Of a DNA stretch of 64,000 nt, positions 1-12,676 are shown in pieces; the stretch's first letter is position 1, and every line of letters starts with the position of its first letter. Where the stretch lies: assembly GCA_000146465.1 (NCBI GenBank), contig CP001951.1; one strand, 5' to 3'. Below the pieces are notes generated by a model. It had not been told where the DNA came from and made no database searches. It saw only the letters and a list, made by a program, of their open reading frames with translations. A program made the translations under genes and the position numbers.

Positions 1-2495
<2,495 letters not shown>

Positions 2496-2520
2496 AATTC
2501 CCCCCAATCTCTCAAATACT

Positions 2521-3811
2521 GATCCTGCTGCTGGTTCTCCAACAGCAGCCATGTTACGACTTATATCTTATCTAACACGAAGGACTCAGACCTTCCAATC
2601 TTCGTCCACTGCGTCATCTTAGATAGCGACGGGCGGTGTGTACAAAGGACAGGGACCCATTCAAAACAACTTGTTCAATCGTTATTACTAGGAATTCCAC
2701 GTTCAGAAGCCCATTACACAGCTTCATCCCTCACAGCAGGCTCCCTCGCCATCTATCGTAGTGCGCGTGCCGCCCGCTTCATCTCAGGGCATAACGGACC
2801 TGTTCTGTTCCATTCCTCCCTTGCCCCAAAGAGCACTGTCAAAGGGTCTCACATCTTACGCAACTTAATCCAAAGCTCACGCCATCCATTTCAAACGGCC
2901 ATGCACCACCGCCGCGCGCATCCCGTCCTCGTTCTCCTGCCCGCTTCAGAACCGGTAAGTTGCCCCGCGTTGAGTCAAATTAAGCCGCACACTCCACTCC
3001 TTGTGGTGTCCTTCCGTCAATCTCTTCAAGTTTCACTCTTGCGAGCATACTATCCCCAGAACCCACATACTCAAGATTTCTCATGCACAACACTATATAG
3101 TCCCGTCCAGTCGGCATCGTTTACTGCTAGAACTAAAACGGTATCTAATCGATTTCGATCCTCTAGCCTTCGTCCTTCATCGTCACATAAGTCCAAGAGC
3201 ACAGCCTTCGCTTCTGTCCGTCCAGTCAGGGTCTTCGTATTTCACCCCTCGCCCAACTATCCGGTGCCCCTCGTCCTCTGCCAAACCTCTTACATCCACA
3301 TCAGGACATAATCCCCCAAACAAAGACATACAAAAGACTACGGACTTTTTAACTGCAGCATTCACCATAGACACTATTGGAGCAGGTATTACCGCGGCTG
3401 CTGGCACCCGACTTGCCCTCCAATCAATCTCGACTCCTTTACACTCGAAAAAAACTCACTTCTCATAACCGCCTCCCCAAAGGATTAGGCAAGTTTCGCG
3501 CCTGCTGCCATCCTTGGACGTAGTAGCCATCTCTCAGGCTCCCTCTCCGGAATCAAACCCCGATCCCCCGTCTCCCGTCTCCGCCTAGTTAGGCCATTAC
3601 CCTAACTACCAGCTGATAGGCCTACAACTTACTTGGCTCGTGTCAAAAACACTCCTAGCCCCCTACCTGCAGTTTCCCGCAGTTACAGCTCTCCCGCCAA
3701 CCAAATCATCGTACTATCACTGAGCCGTCCGTCAATCCCCCACAAGGTTCATCAACATGCATGGCTTAGTCCCAGAGAATAGCATCCACGTCAGGCAGAA
3801 TCAACCTGATG
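2521..3811 (-). rRNA. Small-subunit rRNA (16S-like, ~1.29 kb)
   Basis: Reverse complement of the 5' end CATCAGGTTGATTCTGCCTGACGTGGATGCTATTC...AAGCCATGCATG at 3737-3811. GTGCCAGCAGCCGCGGTAAT at ~3393-3412. GACGGGCGGTGTGTACAAAGG (1390-1400 region) at ~2628-2648. 3' end ...AAGTCGTAACATGGCTGCTGTTGGAGAACCAGCAGCAGGATCA at ~2521-2565. The length is typical of microsporidia. Confidence 0.9.
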
Positions 3812-4045
3812 CTACCCCCCATCAAAAATCTCTCAGATCCCTCATCAACAAACCCCTGGCCACAGCCACATCAAATCCCAAAAAATCCTCCATCCCCACC
3901 GTCAAACACAAATCTCTCTCAGAGGAGACCAAGACTAATCCAAAACCACTCTCTTTTCTCCCCACATCCCAATCCCCCCCCTCGCTCCCCCTTCTCTCCA
4001 TAGCCCCTCCCCTCTGCAAAGGAGACTCTGGGGGGAAATAAGACG
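3812..4045 (-). promoter_or_regulatory. rDNA upstream spacer: putative Pol I promoter / 5' external transcribed spacer
   Basis: Lies immediately 5' of the SSU on the transcribed strand. Composition is strongly skewed (C/A-rich on plus, with G-runs on the transcribed strand around 3940-3990) and differs from the AT-leaning coding context. The apparent ORFs here are low-complexity. No promoter motif was identified. Confidence 0.3.
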
Positions 4046-4392
4046 GTGGGCCCTAGAAGAATTCCCAAGAAGCCGCGGAATATAGATTTCGGAGAGAGCA
4101 GCAGCTCGGAAAGCTCCATGTCCGAGCAAAGGGAGGAGAAGCCTCTGTACATGTTGAAGTCCACAGGGCCTGGGCGAAAGAAGAGGAGAAGAGGAGATCC
4201 ATTTATTGATTGTTATTTGAAAGGAGATCCATCCACCAGATGCACGTCGGACAGTTCCGAGGGGAGGCCGGACATAGGCGATGCAGTTATCTACAGGAGC
4301 GATCTCGACAGCGGCGACGAGATCATATATCTTAGTGAGCTGTTGCAAGGATGACGGCAACACACACCAAATATTATTAAAGCATGTGTTTT

Positions 4393-5511
4393 CTATGCAG
4401 GGTCCCGATGTGTTTTCAAGCCGTCGAAGAATGGATGGTTGAGGGCGTCTGGAGCAGTGATCCTGGTTGAAGAGCAGAGATCAAGCATCCTGTAGAGCAG
4501 GTCGTATCCCTCGGAGCCGACCTCGGCCCACGGGTTAAGCGACTCGATAATTGTCTCGAAGGGGATTCTCTCCTCGGGAATTGTGTCTATGTTCGACCTC
4601 CACAGTCTTCCGTAGAACTTTGCAGCCTTTCTCATTTCTGCGTGTCCAAAGATCGTTGCAATCTCGACAATGGCGTCGATATCCTCGGACGAGTAGAAGA
4701 AGGGATATTGTGCAGTCAGGATCGTCAAGAAAATCACCCCCACAGACCACATGTCTATGGCTCTGGTCTGGTGAGGGTAGCGGAACAGGACCTCTGGTGC
4801 TCGGAACCCACGTGTCCCGGCCCGAGGAGCCTTCATCTGCGGCCTGGAGTCTCTCTCGTAGTATCCCGGAGGCTTTGTCTTCGACACAATCGAGTTGAAG
4901 AAGAGCAGGGGTGTCTGGGGCTTGCTACTGTCCTTTGGAAGATGTTCCTCCCTGCGGTCTTCGTACTGGGCAAGCCCAAAGTCTATGAGCATCCCTCTTC
5001 CAGTCTCCTTATTGTACAGAAAGTTCCCTGGCTTCAGGTCTCTGTGTATTATGCCATTGCCATGCACATGGTCTATCGCTTCCAACAGGTTGTACAGATA
5101 CTGCTTGATGTCATTCAGGCCTGCATTGGAAATAAACTCCCGGAAGTCGATGGGCTTGAAGTACGGAAAGACAGCAATCACCTGGTCTTCGTTCCGGAAA
5201 ACCCCGAGAAGCCCCATGCAGTTCCTCTTTCCCTCAAGTGCCTTCAGAAACGTCAGTTCCTCGAGAACCCTTGCTGGAGAGCTGGTTCTTGTTATTACCT
5301 TCAGAGCGACATGTCTCCCGGCCTCTGCATCAAGGGCCTTGTACACAACACTGAACGACCCTTCGCCTATTTTTTCTATGGGCGTGTACTTTGGTATGAT
5401 GAAGGACAGATGCTTGAGGTCGGACTCTGGGATCTTTTCCTCTTCCATCCCCCTTTCCAGGTTTTTTATTTTAAGATTGGGTGTGGCTCTGCCATACCGA
5501 TTGTCTTTCAT
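4393..5511 (-). CDS. CDC7: Cell-division-cycle 7 (Cdc7/Hsk1) protein kinase
   Basis: Kinase subdomains: [42 protein letters not shown]. There is a long insert between DFG and the Cdc7-specific [11 protein letters not shown] followed by [14 protein letters not shown]. The ATG sits behind a C-rich run. Confidence 0.85.
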   Translation of the reverse strand: MKDNRYGRATPNLKIKNLERGMEEEKIPESDLKHLSFIIPKYTPIEKIGEGSFSVVYKALDAEAGRHVALKVITRTSSPARVLEELTFLKALEGKRNCMGLLGVFRNEDQVIAVFPYFKPIDFREFISNAGLNDIKQYLYNLLEAIDHVHGNGIIHRDLKPGNFLYNKETGRGMLIDFGLAQYEDRREEHLPKDSSKPQTPLLFFNSIVSKTKPPGYYERDSRPQMKAPRAGTRGFRAPEVLFRYPHQTRAIDMWSVGVIFLTILTAQYPFFYSSEDIDAIVEIATIFGHAEMRKAAKFYGRLWRSNIDTIPEERIPFETIIESLNPWAEVGSEGYDLLYRMLDLCSSTRITAPDALNHPFFDGLKTHRDPA

Positions 5512-5556
5512 GGCTGGAAGGGGATGGAGATAAAGGGTGGGAAGGGTAGCCCTTTA

Positions 5557-6720
5557 ATGTGTGGAGGACTCAAGGCCGATCTGTTTGTTAGATACAAACA
5601 AATGGAAAGAAAGCTCAAGCTTCTCGAGATAAGGGAGGCGTATGTGCGCAAGGAAGTGGAGACGCTGAGGAGGGAAGAGAGACACAGCAAAGAGGAGCTG
5701 GATAGAGTCAAGAGTGTTCCGTTGATAATGGGGCAGTTTCTGGAGCCTATCGACAACTCGACAGCAATTGTGGGGTCGACAGCAGGGAGCAACTTTGTTG
5801 TCCGAATACTGTCTACTGTGGACCGAGAGCTGCTGAAGCCAAACACTACAGTTGCGCTGCACAGACACTCGAGTGCGATTGTGGATGTGCTCCCTCCGGA
5901 AGTGGACAGCACGATTCCTGTAATGGGGGAGTCTGAGAGGCCGGAGGTGACGTATGCAGATGTGGGAGGGCTGGATGTGCAGAAGCAGGAGATAAGGGAG
6001 ACGGTTGAGCTTCCTCTGCTGCAATCTGAGTTGTACAGACAGATAGGAATTGATCCTCCACAAGGGGTGCTGCTGTACGGGCCGCCTGGAACGGGGAAGA
6101 CGATGCTTGTGAAGGCTGTGGCGAACCATACAAAGGCTACATTTATAAAGGTCAACGGGTCTGAGTTTGTGCAGAAGTATCTTGGAGAGGGTCCGCGGAT
6201 GGTGCGGGATGTGTTCAGGCTTGCAAGGGAGAAGGCGCCGTCGATTGTGTTTATCGACGAGGTGGACTCGATAGCAACAAAGAGATTTGATGCGTCGACA
6301 TCTGCAGACCGGGAGGTGCAGCGGGTGCTTATTGAGCTGCTGAACCAGATGGACGGATTTGACCAGACGGCAAATGTCAAGGTGATCATGGCCACAAACA
6401 GGGCAGACACAATCGACCCTGCACTGCTCAGGCCGGGACGGTTGGACAGGAAGATAGAGTTTCCGCTTCCCGACCGGAGGCAGAAGAGGCTTGTGTTCAA
6501 TGCCATCACATCGAAGATGAGCCTCAAGGACGAGGTTGACATTGAGAGCCTTGTGTGCAGGCCCGAGAGGATAAGCTGTGCAGACATCAATTCGATCTGC
6601 CAGGAGGCGGGAATGCTTGCAGTGCGGGCCAGCAGATACATGGTTACGCAAAAGGACTTTGAAGAGGCATACTCAAAGGTTGTTGAGAGAAGCGACACAA
6701 GGCCTGCATTCTACAATTAA
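5557..6720 (+). CDS. RPT3: 26S proteasome regulatory AAA-ATPase subunit Rpt3 (PSMC4, 6B)
   Basis: Near full-length colinearity with PSMC4: [112 protein letters not shown]-terminus ...FYN. The start is taken at the ATG giving [14 protein letters not shown], with 5524 as an alternative. The 4642-5553 part of the tracked ORF is antisense to CDC7 and is rejected. Confidence 0.85.
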   Translation: MCGGLKADLFVRYKQMERKLKLLEIREAYVRKEVETLRREERHSKEELDRVKSVPLIMGQFLEPIDNSTAIVGSTAGSNFVVRILSTVDRELLKPNTTVALHRHSSAIVDVLPPEVDSTIPVMGESERPEVTYADVGGLDVQKQEIRETVELPLLQSELYRQIGIDPPQGVLLYGPPGTGKTMLVKAVANHTKATFIKVNGSEFVQKYLGEGPRMVRDVFRLAREKAPSIVFIDEVDSIATKRFDASTSADREVQRVLIELLNQMDGFDQTANVKVIMATNRADTIDPALLRPGRLDRKIEFPLPDRRQKRLVFNAITSKMSLKDEVDIESLVCRPERISCADINSICQEAGMLAVRASRYMVTQKDFEEAYSKVVERSDTRPAFYN

Positions 6721-6787
6721 ATAGTTTGTGTTTTCCCGACTAAGAGGCCTGGGTTGGATCTAAAGATGTGAACATCAAAGAAGGTAT

Positions 6788-7423
6788 TTAATTGCTCTTA
6801 TCCTTAGTCTTCAAATTTTGGATTTTCTTAAGCCTGAAGAAATCTCCTCTATCTTGCTCGTCGAGCTCGGAAGAAATGTAAGAAATAGTGTTCTCTAATT
6901 TTGGGATTATGTTGAATTCCAGTGCGTTAACTCTTCTATTAGTACTCATTAGTATAGAATTGAGGACTCGGAATGAGTTTTTCAATGCACATAAATCTAC
7001 AAGCATTTCCAAAACTTCCAAGAACTTTTCTCTACACTCATTAAGGGATTGACCGCTTCTGTCAAGGAAGAGAATAGGCTGTGTGTTTTCCTTTTGAAGG
7101 GTGAAGAACGGAAGACTCACTCCAGAAACCTGTTCTATTCGGGGCTTTACATATACATTTTGTTTTTGGCATTCGTACAAGAACATCTTTAGGTTGGCCC
7201 CAAGAAACTCGGCTTCTGTGAGTTTAAAGAATGCGTCTTTTATCTTTTGATTTATGCCCAACTCTTTTCTTTTGTATTCTTCTTCTATTACCCTGTACTT
7301 CACCTTCAGTGCGTCGCTTTTTCTCTTCAGCAGAGAATACCCCTTTTCTGCACTCTTTTGCTTTGTTTCCATTGTCTTTAGATTCATTCTTGTGGGAAAC
7401 ACAGGTATTTTCTGGCCTGTCAT
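6788..7423 (-). CDS. VMA8: V-type H+-ATPase subunit D
   Basis: MTGQKIPVFPTRMNLKTMETKQKSAEKGYSLLKRKSDALK ... NRRVNALEFNIIPKLENTISYISSELDEQDRGDFFRLKK is colinear with Vma8. The start is at the ATG of MTGQ, preceded by agcccacaaaATG. The upstream 17 codons of the tracked ORF were dropped. Confidence 0.85.
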   Translation of the reverse strand: MTGQKIPVFPTRMNLKTMETKQKSAEKGYSLLKRKSDALKVKYRVIEEEYKRKELGINQKIKDAFFKLTEAEFLGANLKMFLYECQKQNVYVKPRIEQVSGVSLPFFTLQKENTQPILFLDRSGQSLNECREKFLEVLEMLVDLCALKNSFRVLNSILMSTNRRVNALEFNIIPKLENTISYISSELDEQDRGDFFRLKKIQNLKTKDKSN

Positions 7424-7511
7424 TTTGTGGGCTTTTGTTAGTAATCTCAAAAGTAAATTGGAGGAGGCAAACATATTCCAAAATCGGATTATCTTGAATG
7501 ATCTTCGGATT

Positions 7512-8678
7512 TCATTTATTAATGACTATTTCTCCACTAAACACACATCCCATGTCGTATACTATTCTATCATCCTTTATGTTAGGGAGGATGAACCTCG
7601 GAATTCTGTCGTCATCTGTTCCCTCGATAACTCCTAGCATAAAGCAATCAATTCTCTGAAGAAATTTCTTAAAGTCCTCTATGCTTTTTTCGATTCTCTT
7701 GATTTCATCTTCGTGCTTGTTGTTGAAGTGGTTGAATATAAACTTTTCACTTTCGAATGACTTTCCACAGAATCCACACTTGTAGTGGTTTTCATTAACG
7801 ATTGTTGTCATGTTGTTAAGCTCTTCTTCCTTAGTCTTTGGATGAAGATATCCAAACCCTCGATAGTTTGCTAAGAACTCTCTTCTTCTTGTGGCTGTAT
7901 CGGTTGCTTTGTGGTTTCTACAACCCATCATCATTTCAAGAGGATCATCATACTGGTGTGCACATGTGTAGCAGTAAAGAAATATGCTCTTGAGTGCTCC
8001 ACAGATGAACTTCGCAGTGTTCCTCTCTGTAGAGCTGTCTTCTAGTGTTGATGCATACTTTTCCAGAACCTCCTCTTCATTTACATCAAACATCCTGGAT
8101 AGAGAGGTAAATATTGATGCTGACATTTGGTAGTCATCATCTTCGAACGATATTTCTGGCTCTGACACTCCGGAGATGTCGAATTCCTCAAGCTGAACAC
8201 CCAGTCCCTTATCTAGGATGGACTTCATAAACTTGATCGAGTCTTGCGTGTTTGCTTCCTTTTGCAAGATAATATAGCATAGCCTTGAAAATCCATTTTG
8301 CGACGTTTGTTGCTGGATCCAAAATCTTTCAAGATTTACACATTTTGAGAAAATAGAGTATATAACAGATCCGGGCATGCTATCTGGTATATTCCTTGCT
8401 ATTATGCATGGGCCTTCTATCTTGAAGCTATGAACATTACAAATGGTCTTTCTCCTTTGTTCAAAAAAGGAATTATCTAAGTATCTATATATAAACCATT
8501 CCTTTCCTAAGCTTTTGTCAAATACCTCAGGCACTCTTCTTCTGTAATAGTTTGTACTGTAGTCTTCGTAAGATTGTATAGGAAGAACCATTTCCAATTC
8601 CCTTTTGGTAACAAGTCTTTGTTGCTTCAGTAAGAAAAATATGTCAATCTTATCAACCAGAGTTCTTTTTGTGTCCAT
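7512..8678 (-). CDS. ARS2/SRRT-like C2H2 zinc-finger RNA-effector protein
   Basis: C2H2 finger YKCGFCGKSFESEKFIFNHFNNKHEDEIKRIEKSIEDFKKFL resembles the ARS2 C-terminal ...FVRKHIFNKHAEK block, but that consensus was recalled from memory. The track start at 8720 is a TTG, so the CDS is begun at the first ATG (MDTKRTL...). Confidence 0.4.
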   Translation of the reverse strand: MDTKRTLVDKIDIFFLLKQQRLVTKRELEMVLPIQSYEDYSTNYYRRRVPEVFDKSLGKEWFIYRYLDNSFFEQRRKTICNVHSFKIEGPCIIARNIPDSMPGSVIYSIFSKCVNLERFWIQQQTSQNGFSRLCYIILQKEANTQDSIKFMKSILDKGLGVQLEEFDISGVSEPEISFEDDDYQMSASIFTSLSRMFDVNEEEVLEKYASTLEDSSTERNTAKFICGALKSIFLYCYTCAHQYDDPLEMMMGCRNHKATDTATRRREFLANYRGFGYLHPKTKEEELNNMTTIVNENHYKCGFCGKSFESEKFIFNHFNNKHEDEIKRIEKSIEDFKKFLQRIDCFMLGVIEGTDDDRIPRFILPNIKDDRIVYDMGCVFSGEIVINK

Positions 8679-8730
8679 TTCCGAGGGCTGTTCTTGATAG
8701 CGAGACTTATTCGGTTGCAAAACGACAAAA

Positions 8731-8803
8731 CGCCCCTGGAGAGACTCGAACTCTCGACCTTTCGGTTAACAGCCGAACGCGTTAACCACTGCGCTACAGA
8801 GGC
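8731..8803 (-). tRNA. tRNA-Asn (GUU)
   Basis: Reverse complement GCCTCTGTAGCGCAGTGGTTAACGCGTTCGGCTGTTAACCGAAAGGTCGAGAGTTCGAGTCTCTCCAGGGGCG folds as a cloverleaf: acceptor GCCTCTG/CAGGGGC, anticodon loop CUGUUAA, T-loop GTTCGAG. No intron. Coordinates +/-2. Confidence 0.8.
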
Positions 8804-8883
8804 TGTGCTTCCACATACACCCCACAAACTGTTTCCAACATCCGAACAACAATCTAACAAAAACCCTCTTCCTCCTTGCCCCC

Positions 8884-9201
8884 ATGGATACACCGAAGAG
8901 GAACTTTAAGCATCCTAGAAACCTCGTCTCAAAGATGCCAAGAAACACCCCGCACGACATAATACTCTATGCGCTCACCACAGAGAAGGCTGCAAGGTGC
9001 ATGGAGCAGTTCAACACCCTGGTCTTCTATGTGGAGAAGACCTCGACCAAGCCGGAAATTAGAGATGCCGTTACCCAGCTCTATGGATGCAAAGTCAAGA
9101 AGGTCAACACCTTGATCAACAAGCATGGGAAGAAGGCATATGTCCGATTTGACAAAGAGGGAGACGCCATTCAAATCGCCTCTAAAATAGGTGCAATCTG
9201 A
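8884..9201 (+). CDS. RPL23A: 60S ribosomal protein L23a (uL23)
   Basis: ALTTEKAARCMEQFNTLVFYVEKTSTKPEIRDAVTQLYGCKVKKVNTLI...KKAYVRFDKEGDAIQIASKIGAI matches the uL23 core. Upstream context is cccccATG. Confidence 0.85.
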   Translation: MDTPKRNFKHPRNLVSKMPRNTPHDIILYALTTEKAARCMEQFNTLVFYVEKTSTKPEIRDAVTQLYGCKVKKVNTLINKHGKKAYVRFDKEGDAIQIASKIGAI

Positions 9202-9276
9202 ATTAAATTTATTTTCGGTTTTTATTCTTTTCTTATCCTCCTTAGTCTTGGCAACTTCTTTTTTGAAATTAGAAGC

Positions 9277-10554
9277 TCAAGAGGACATAAGGCTATTCAC
9301 AATGTCTTCCGATCCTATATTTGACAAATCTGAGTTTGTCTGCCCAACACCTAAGAATAAAATGGGGGCATTGGAGGAAAAAGCCATGTTCAGTATCTGT
9401 CCTATCTTGTTATCCACCGTATCAACTTTGGTAAGGAGTATACTGTCGATATTTCTTAACTGATCTGCATCTTTAATTGCCCTGTTAAATTCCTTAATAT
9501 GTTCCAAGCTATCGGACCCGACCAGTGCCTCCCCTACATATATGATATGGTCAGGCTTATTAATCTTCATTAGCTTGGTAAGAGACATCATGAGATTCTT
9601 CTTGTTGTGCATTCTTCCTGCTGTATCAATGAGGATAACATCATACCCTTCGTGCTGAGCTTCTTGAATGGCACATCTTGCCACCGATGCATCGTCCTTT
9701 CCATATCCCTTTTGGTAGAATCCAACAGAATAACCCCCTAATTGAAATCTCTCTACATGAGTCTTAAGTTGCTCAATTGCTCCTGCTCTAAAGGTATCAC
9801 ACGCTGCTATGTACACTTTGAGTTTGTTTTTCAGAAGCCAGTAACATATTTTAGCCAACGATGTACTCTTTCCAACTCCATTCACTCCAACGAAGCAAAT
9901 GGAAAACACACCTTTATGCTTCCTTATTCCGTCTAGCATTTTTTCATGGTCTACAGACGGGATAAGTTTTCCAAGCACATTAGACATTTTTTCCTTAAAC
10001 TTCTTTTCGGAAACGACATCTAGTCCCTCTCCAGACAACTCCTCCATGACATTCTCTACAAGTGTTCTGGTTATTTGGTAGCTTACATTTTTGTTTATTA
10101 AATGCGTAGTCATCTTGTCCTTCAGCTCTTTCACTTGTATTTGATCTTTAAACAAGCCAAATGCTTTTTGGATTGTTGCTTTCTTAATAACCTTAACAAA
10201 ATTACTTACTCCACTTGAAGGCGAAGAGTAGTTTAATTCCTCCTCGTTTCCTATATCTTCCCATTTTCTCTCCTTATTCTTTTTCCATGCCCTTTTTTTG
10301 TTTTCCGAGCCAGCCTTTTCCTTACTTTTGTTCAGATAATTATCAATTGCTATCTTGAGATTAGGCGTTCTAGATAGACTCAAATATACAATGGCCCCCC
10401 TAATTTCGTATTCCATAACTTCATCCCTAATTTTCCTTTCCCCGCCCGGCCTAGACACGTCTAGAGATACTACTATTTGGTTGAAATGTTCTGGCATCCT
10501 CCCTTCTTCGTGGATAACCAGTCCTCTCTTGTTGAATACGCAAAAATATCCCAT
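9277..10554 (-). CDS. Signal recognition particle receptor alpha subunit (SRP54-type GTPase)
   Basis: N-terminal SRX-like domain. GTPase motifs: FVGVNGVGKSTSLAKICYWL, AACDTFRAGAIEQLKTH, DTAGR, TKVD. Confidence 0.85.
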   Translation of the reverse strand: MGYFCVFNKRGLVIHEEGRMPEHFNQIVVSLDVSRPGGERKIRDEVMEYEIRGAIVYLSLSRTPNLKIAIDNYLNKSKEKAGSENKKRAWKKNKERKWEDIGNEEELNYSSPSSGVSNFVKVIKKATIQKAFGLFKDQIQVKELKDKMTTHLINKNVSYQITRTLVENVMEELSGEGLDVVSEKKFKEKMSNVLGKLIPSVDHEKMLDGIRKHKGVFSICFVGVNGVGKSTSLAKICYWLLKNKLKVYIAACDTFRAGAIEQLKTHVERFQLGGYSVGFYQKGYGKDDASVARCAIQEAQHEGYDVILIDTAGRMHNKKNLMMSLTKLMKINKPDHIIYVGEALVGSDSLEHIKEFNRAIKDADQLRNIDSILLTKVDTVDNKIGQILNMAFSSNAPILFLGVGQTNSDLSNIGSEDIVNSLMSS

Positions 10555-10610
10555 GCAAGGGCTCAGGTCTCACATGTTTTTTGTCTTGTTGGGCCAGTAG
10601 GCCAAACAAA

Positions 10611-11210
10611 CTATCCCAAGTTCTCCTCGATAATCGTGGTATATCCATTTGCCTCAAACAGTCCATGCTCTATGACCCCACAGATGCTCTTGCATTCCGA
10701 TATAAAGTCGGCGTTGTATTCCACATCAACTATACAATTTCCTAAGTCGCTGATTAATGGTCCTGCCTTCCCTGTGGTTTCTCTTAAGAAATGCTTCAAC
10801 TTATACTCTTGAAGAATCGAAAGGAACTTCATCAGGGAAATAGAGGAGATTTCAATAGGAACAAGACATCCTTCAAATGTTTCTCTATACTTATGCCTTT
10901 GAACTATTATAATGATATCTTTGGCCATGGAATAAAGTAGCTTTTCGGTAGTAAGTGCTCCTCCCCCTCCTTTAATCAGATTTCCACATTTGTCAAAGTA
11001 GTCTGCACCGTCTATGTACAGATCCAGGGACTCATGACCCAGGGGGCTTGATACTATCAAGCCCTTTTCTCTAAGCTTCAGTGCTGTTTGGATGCTTGAG
11101 GGAACATACACCACTTCCCTATCTAGAACCCCTATATACCTTTCTATAGTAGTTCCTGTTCCAATTCCAATCACTGTCCTGCTCTCTACATTTTTTTTAT
11201 ATCCTTCCAT
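10611..11210 (-). CDS. RKI1: Ribose-5-phosphate isomerase A
   Basis: Motifs: GIGTGTTIERYI, DGADYFD, KGGGGALTTEKLL. The start is at the ATG of MEGYKKNV. The 71-codon hydrophobic extension in the track would overlap the next gene and is rejected. Confidence 0.8.
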   Translation of the reverse strand: MEGYKKNVESRTVIGIGTGTTIERYIGVLDREVVYVPSSIQTALKLREKGLIVSSPLGHESLDLYIDGADYFDKCGNLIKGGGGALTTEKLLYSMAKDIIIIVQRHKYRETFEGCLVPIEISSISLMKFLSILQEYKLKHFLRETTGKAGPLISDLGNCIVDVEYNADFISECKSICGVIEHGLFEANGYTTIIEENLG

Positions 11211-11358
11211 ATGTCCCTGAAGACAAAATAATAAATCTCTTAAAAGGAAAAATCTCCAATAATTCACAACTACGAATGCAAAAAACATCCCTCCTGCCAC
11301 AGTTACTTCTTTCATGATCAAACAGTAGCACCATATGAAAATAATGAAAGACATTGCT

Positions 11359-12465
11359 TTATTTAACACACTTCTTAATTCTACGCACAACATCACATCC
11401 ATATCCAATGATGCTTGATGCATCCTGGTCTTCCCGAGAAGTCACTTCCACAACTCCGGAGATACGGTCTATTTTACTCCACAAGCGGCCCTCAACTATA
11501 AACTCTCCAAGATCCTCCTCAACATACTCCACACTCACCCCGAATGTTTCTGCCATATTTTCAAGTAGCATCGAGCGATAACTTTCAAGAACCTGTCCAT
11601 AAACACGCAGCCTCATCTCTCGGCAGAATAGATTTACAAACCTTCCAACAAATACGTCTTCCTGGAGAGACTTGCAAAAAAGATATAAGTCTTCCATAAA
11701 ACTTCCGTAATTGCATTCAAACAATGATGTCGCCAGCTGTACCCCAAGCTTCTCGGAGCTTCCCATTACATCACTACATTTAAGGATCCGTGTCTCAATT
11801 TCATTTCTCTCAAATCCGAGTAAGCCGCAGAATATCATATATTTCACAGCCCGTGAATAGCTTATTACCTCGCTTGATTCAAATGATGGAAGCACCTCGC
11901 TGAACAAAATTCCTGCTTCCTTAAACTTCCTCTCCATCATTTTAAATACTCCCTTGTATACTTTGTATCTGTTTCTTCTGTCCCAATCACATCCTCTTTC
12001 GTATGTGTCATCAGCCACATTAATACTCTCCTCAACAATTCTTTTGTTCCCCACAATCAAACCCATTCTGATTTTACATAGAGAAATGTCCATCTTCAAC
12101 GATAATGACATGTCGTCTCTCATGAGCTTCCTCATCCATTCAAATCCATTTTGTGTATCCATCACTTGGCAATAGAACTCAGCCGTCTTCCGCTCAATTT
12201 CTTCTGCATACGTTTCGTTCTCTGTTTCCTTCTTCCTAAGCTCCTCAAGCTCCTGAATTCTCTGATTTTTGCAATTCAGCAATGAATCTATGCGCTCATG
12301 GTTTGGCTGCAATATACCTTTTTCCACAAGGAAACTATAGAGATCATACATGCATTTATCGGAAAGAAGCTTTTCAAGTTCTTCCTGGGCTTCGGATTTA
12401 CCCAGCTTTGTTGCATGAATAAGGTCATGGACAAGTAATGTCGGCTCCTTGAAGTCAAAGTCCAT
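11359..12465 (-). CDS. RPN7: 26S proteasome lid subunit Rpn7 (PSMD6), PCI domain
   Basis: FECNYGSFMEDLYLF...FCREMRLRVYGQVLESYRSMLLENMAETFGVSVEYVEEDLGEFIVEGRLWSKIDRI aligns with the PSMD6 PCI region (CRYSVFF...[20 protein letters not shown]...AEAFGV...RLHCKIDKV). Confidence 0.7.
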   Translation of the reverse strand: MDFDFKEPTLLVHDLIHATKLGKSEAQEELEKLLSDKCMYDLYSFLVEKGILQPNHERIDSLLNCKNQRIQELEELRKKETENETYAEEIERKTAEFYCQVMDTQNGFEWMRKLMRDDMSLSLKMDISLCKIRMGLIVGNKRIVEESINVADDTYERGCDWDRRNRYKVYKGVFKMMERKFKEAGILFSEVLPSFESSEVISYSRAVKYMIFCGLLGFERNEIETRILKCSDVMGSSEKLGVQLATSLFECNYGSFMEDLYLFCKSLQEDVFVGRFVNLFCREMRLRVYGQVLESYRSMLLENMAETFGVSVEYVEEDLGEFIVEGRLWSKIDRISGVVEVTSREDQDASSIIGYGCDVVRRIKKCVK

Positions 12466-12530
12466 GGGTACATAGTCGTCTTGGTTTTAATATACAAACA
12501 CGATAGTAATGTTAAAAGATAAGAATAAAA

Positions 12531-12603
12531 TGCTTTTGCTCGGGCTCGAACCGAGGACCTCATCCGTGTGAAGGATACGTGATAACCGCTACACTACAAA
12601 AGC
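12531..12603 (-). tRNA. tRNA-Val (CAC)
   Basis: Reverse complement GCTTTTGTAGTGTAGCGGTTATCACGTATCCTTCACACGGATGAGGTCCTCGGTTCGAGCCCGAGCAAAAGCA: acceptor GCTTTTG/CAAAAGC, anticodon stem TATCC/GGATG with loop UUCACAC, T-arm CTCGG-TTCGAGC-CCGAG. Coordinates +/-2. Confidence 0.8.
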
Positions 12604-12676
12604 TCAGTTTTGTTGACAAGACTTCTCACCTATAGGTGATATAAACATATATGTGTTTGGAACTTAAAATCCCTCA

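Noticed and set aside
3757-4363. Overlapping low-complexity ORFs (3757-4041, 3809-4003, 3935-4363 and others) and the GTG-initiated 4046-4354 ORF
   Set aside because: These sit in the compositionally skewed rDNA spacer, with several mutually overlapping frames on both strands. None has an ATG start with normal context. Treated as non-coding; 4046-4354 is kept only as a low-priority check in findings.
4642-5553. 5' extension of the RPT3 reading frame (692-aa tracked ORF) and antisense ORFs inside RPT3 (5508-6698, 5554-6651, 5846-6133)
   Set aside because: The extension is antisense to the well-supported CDC7 gene and has no homology. Rpt3 homology begins at about 5560. The antisense frames are typical of GC-skewed coding sequence.
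11211-11423. 71-codon hydrophobic N-terminal extension of the ribose-5-phosphate isomerase ORF
   Set aside because: It would overlap the RPN7 gene on the same strand and has no counterpart in RpiA. The internal ATG (MEGYKK) restores a normal-length enzyme.
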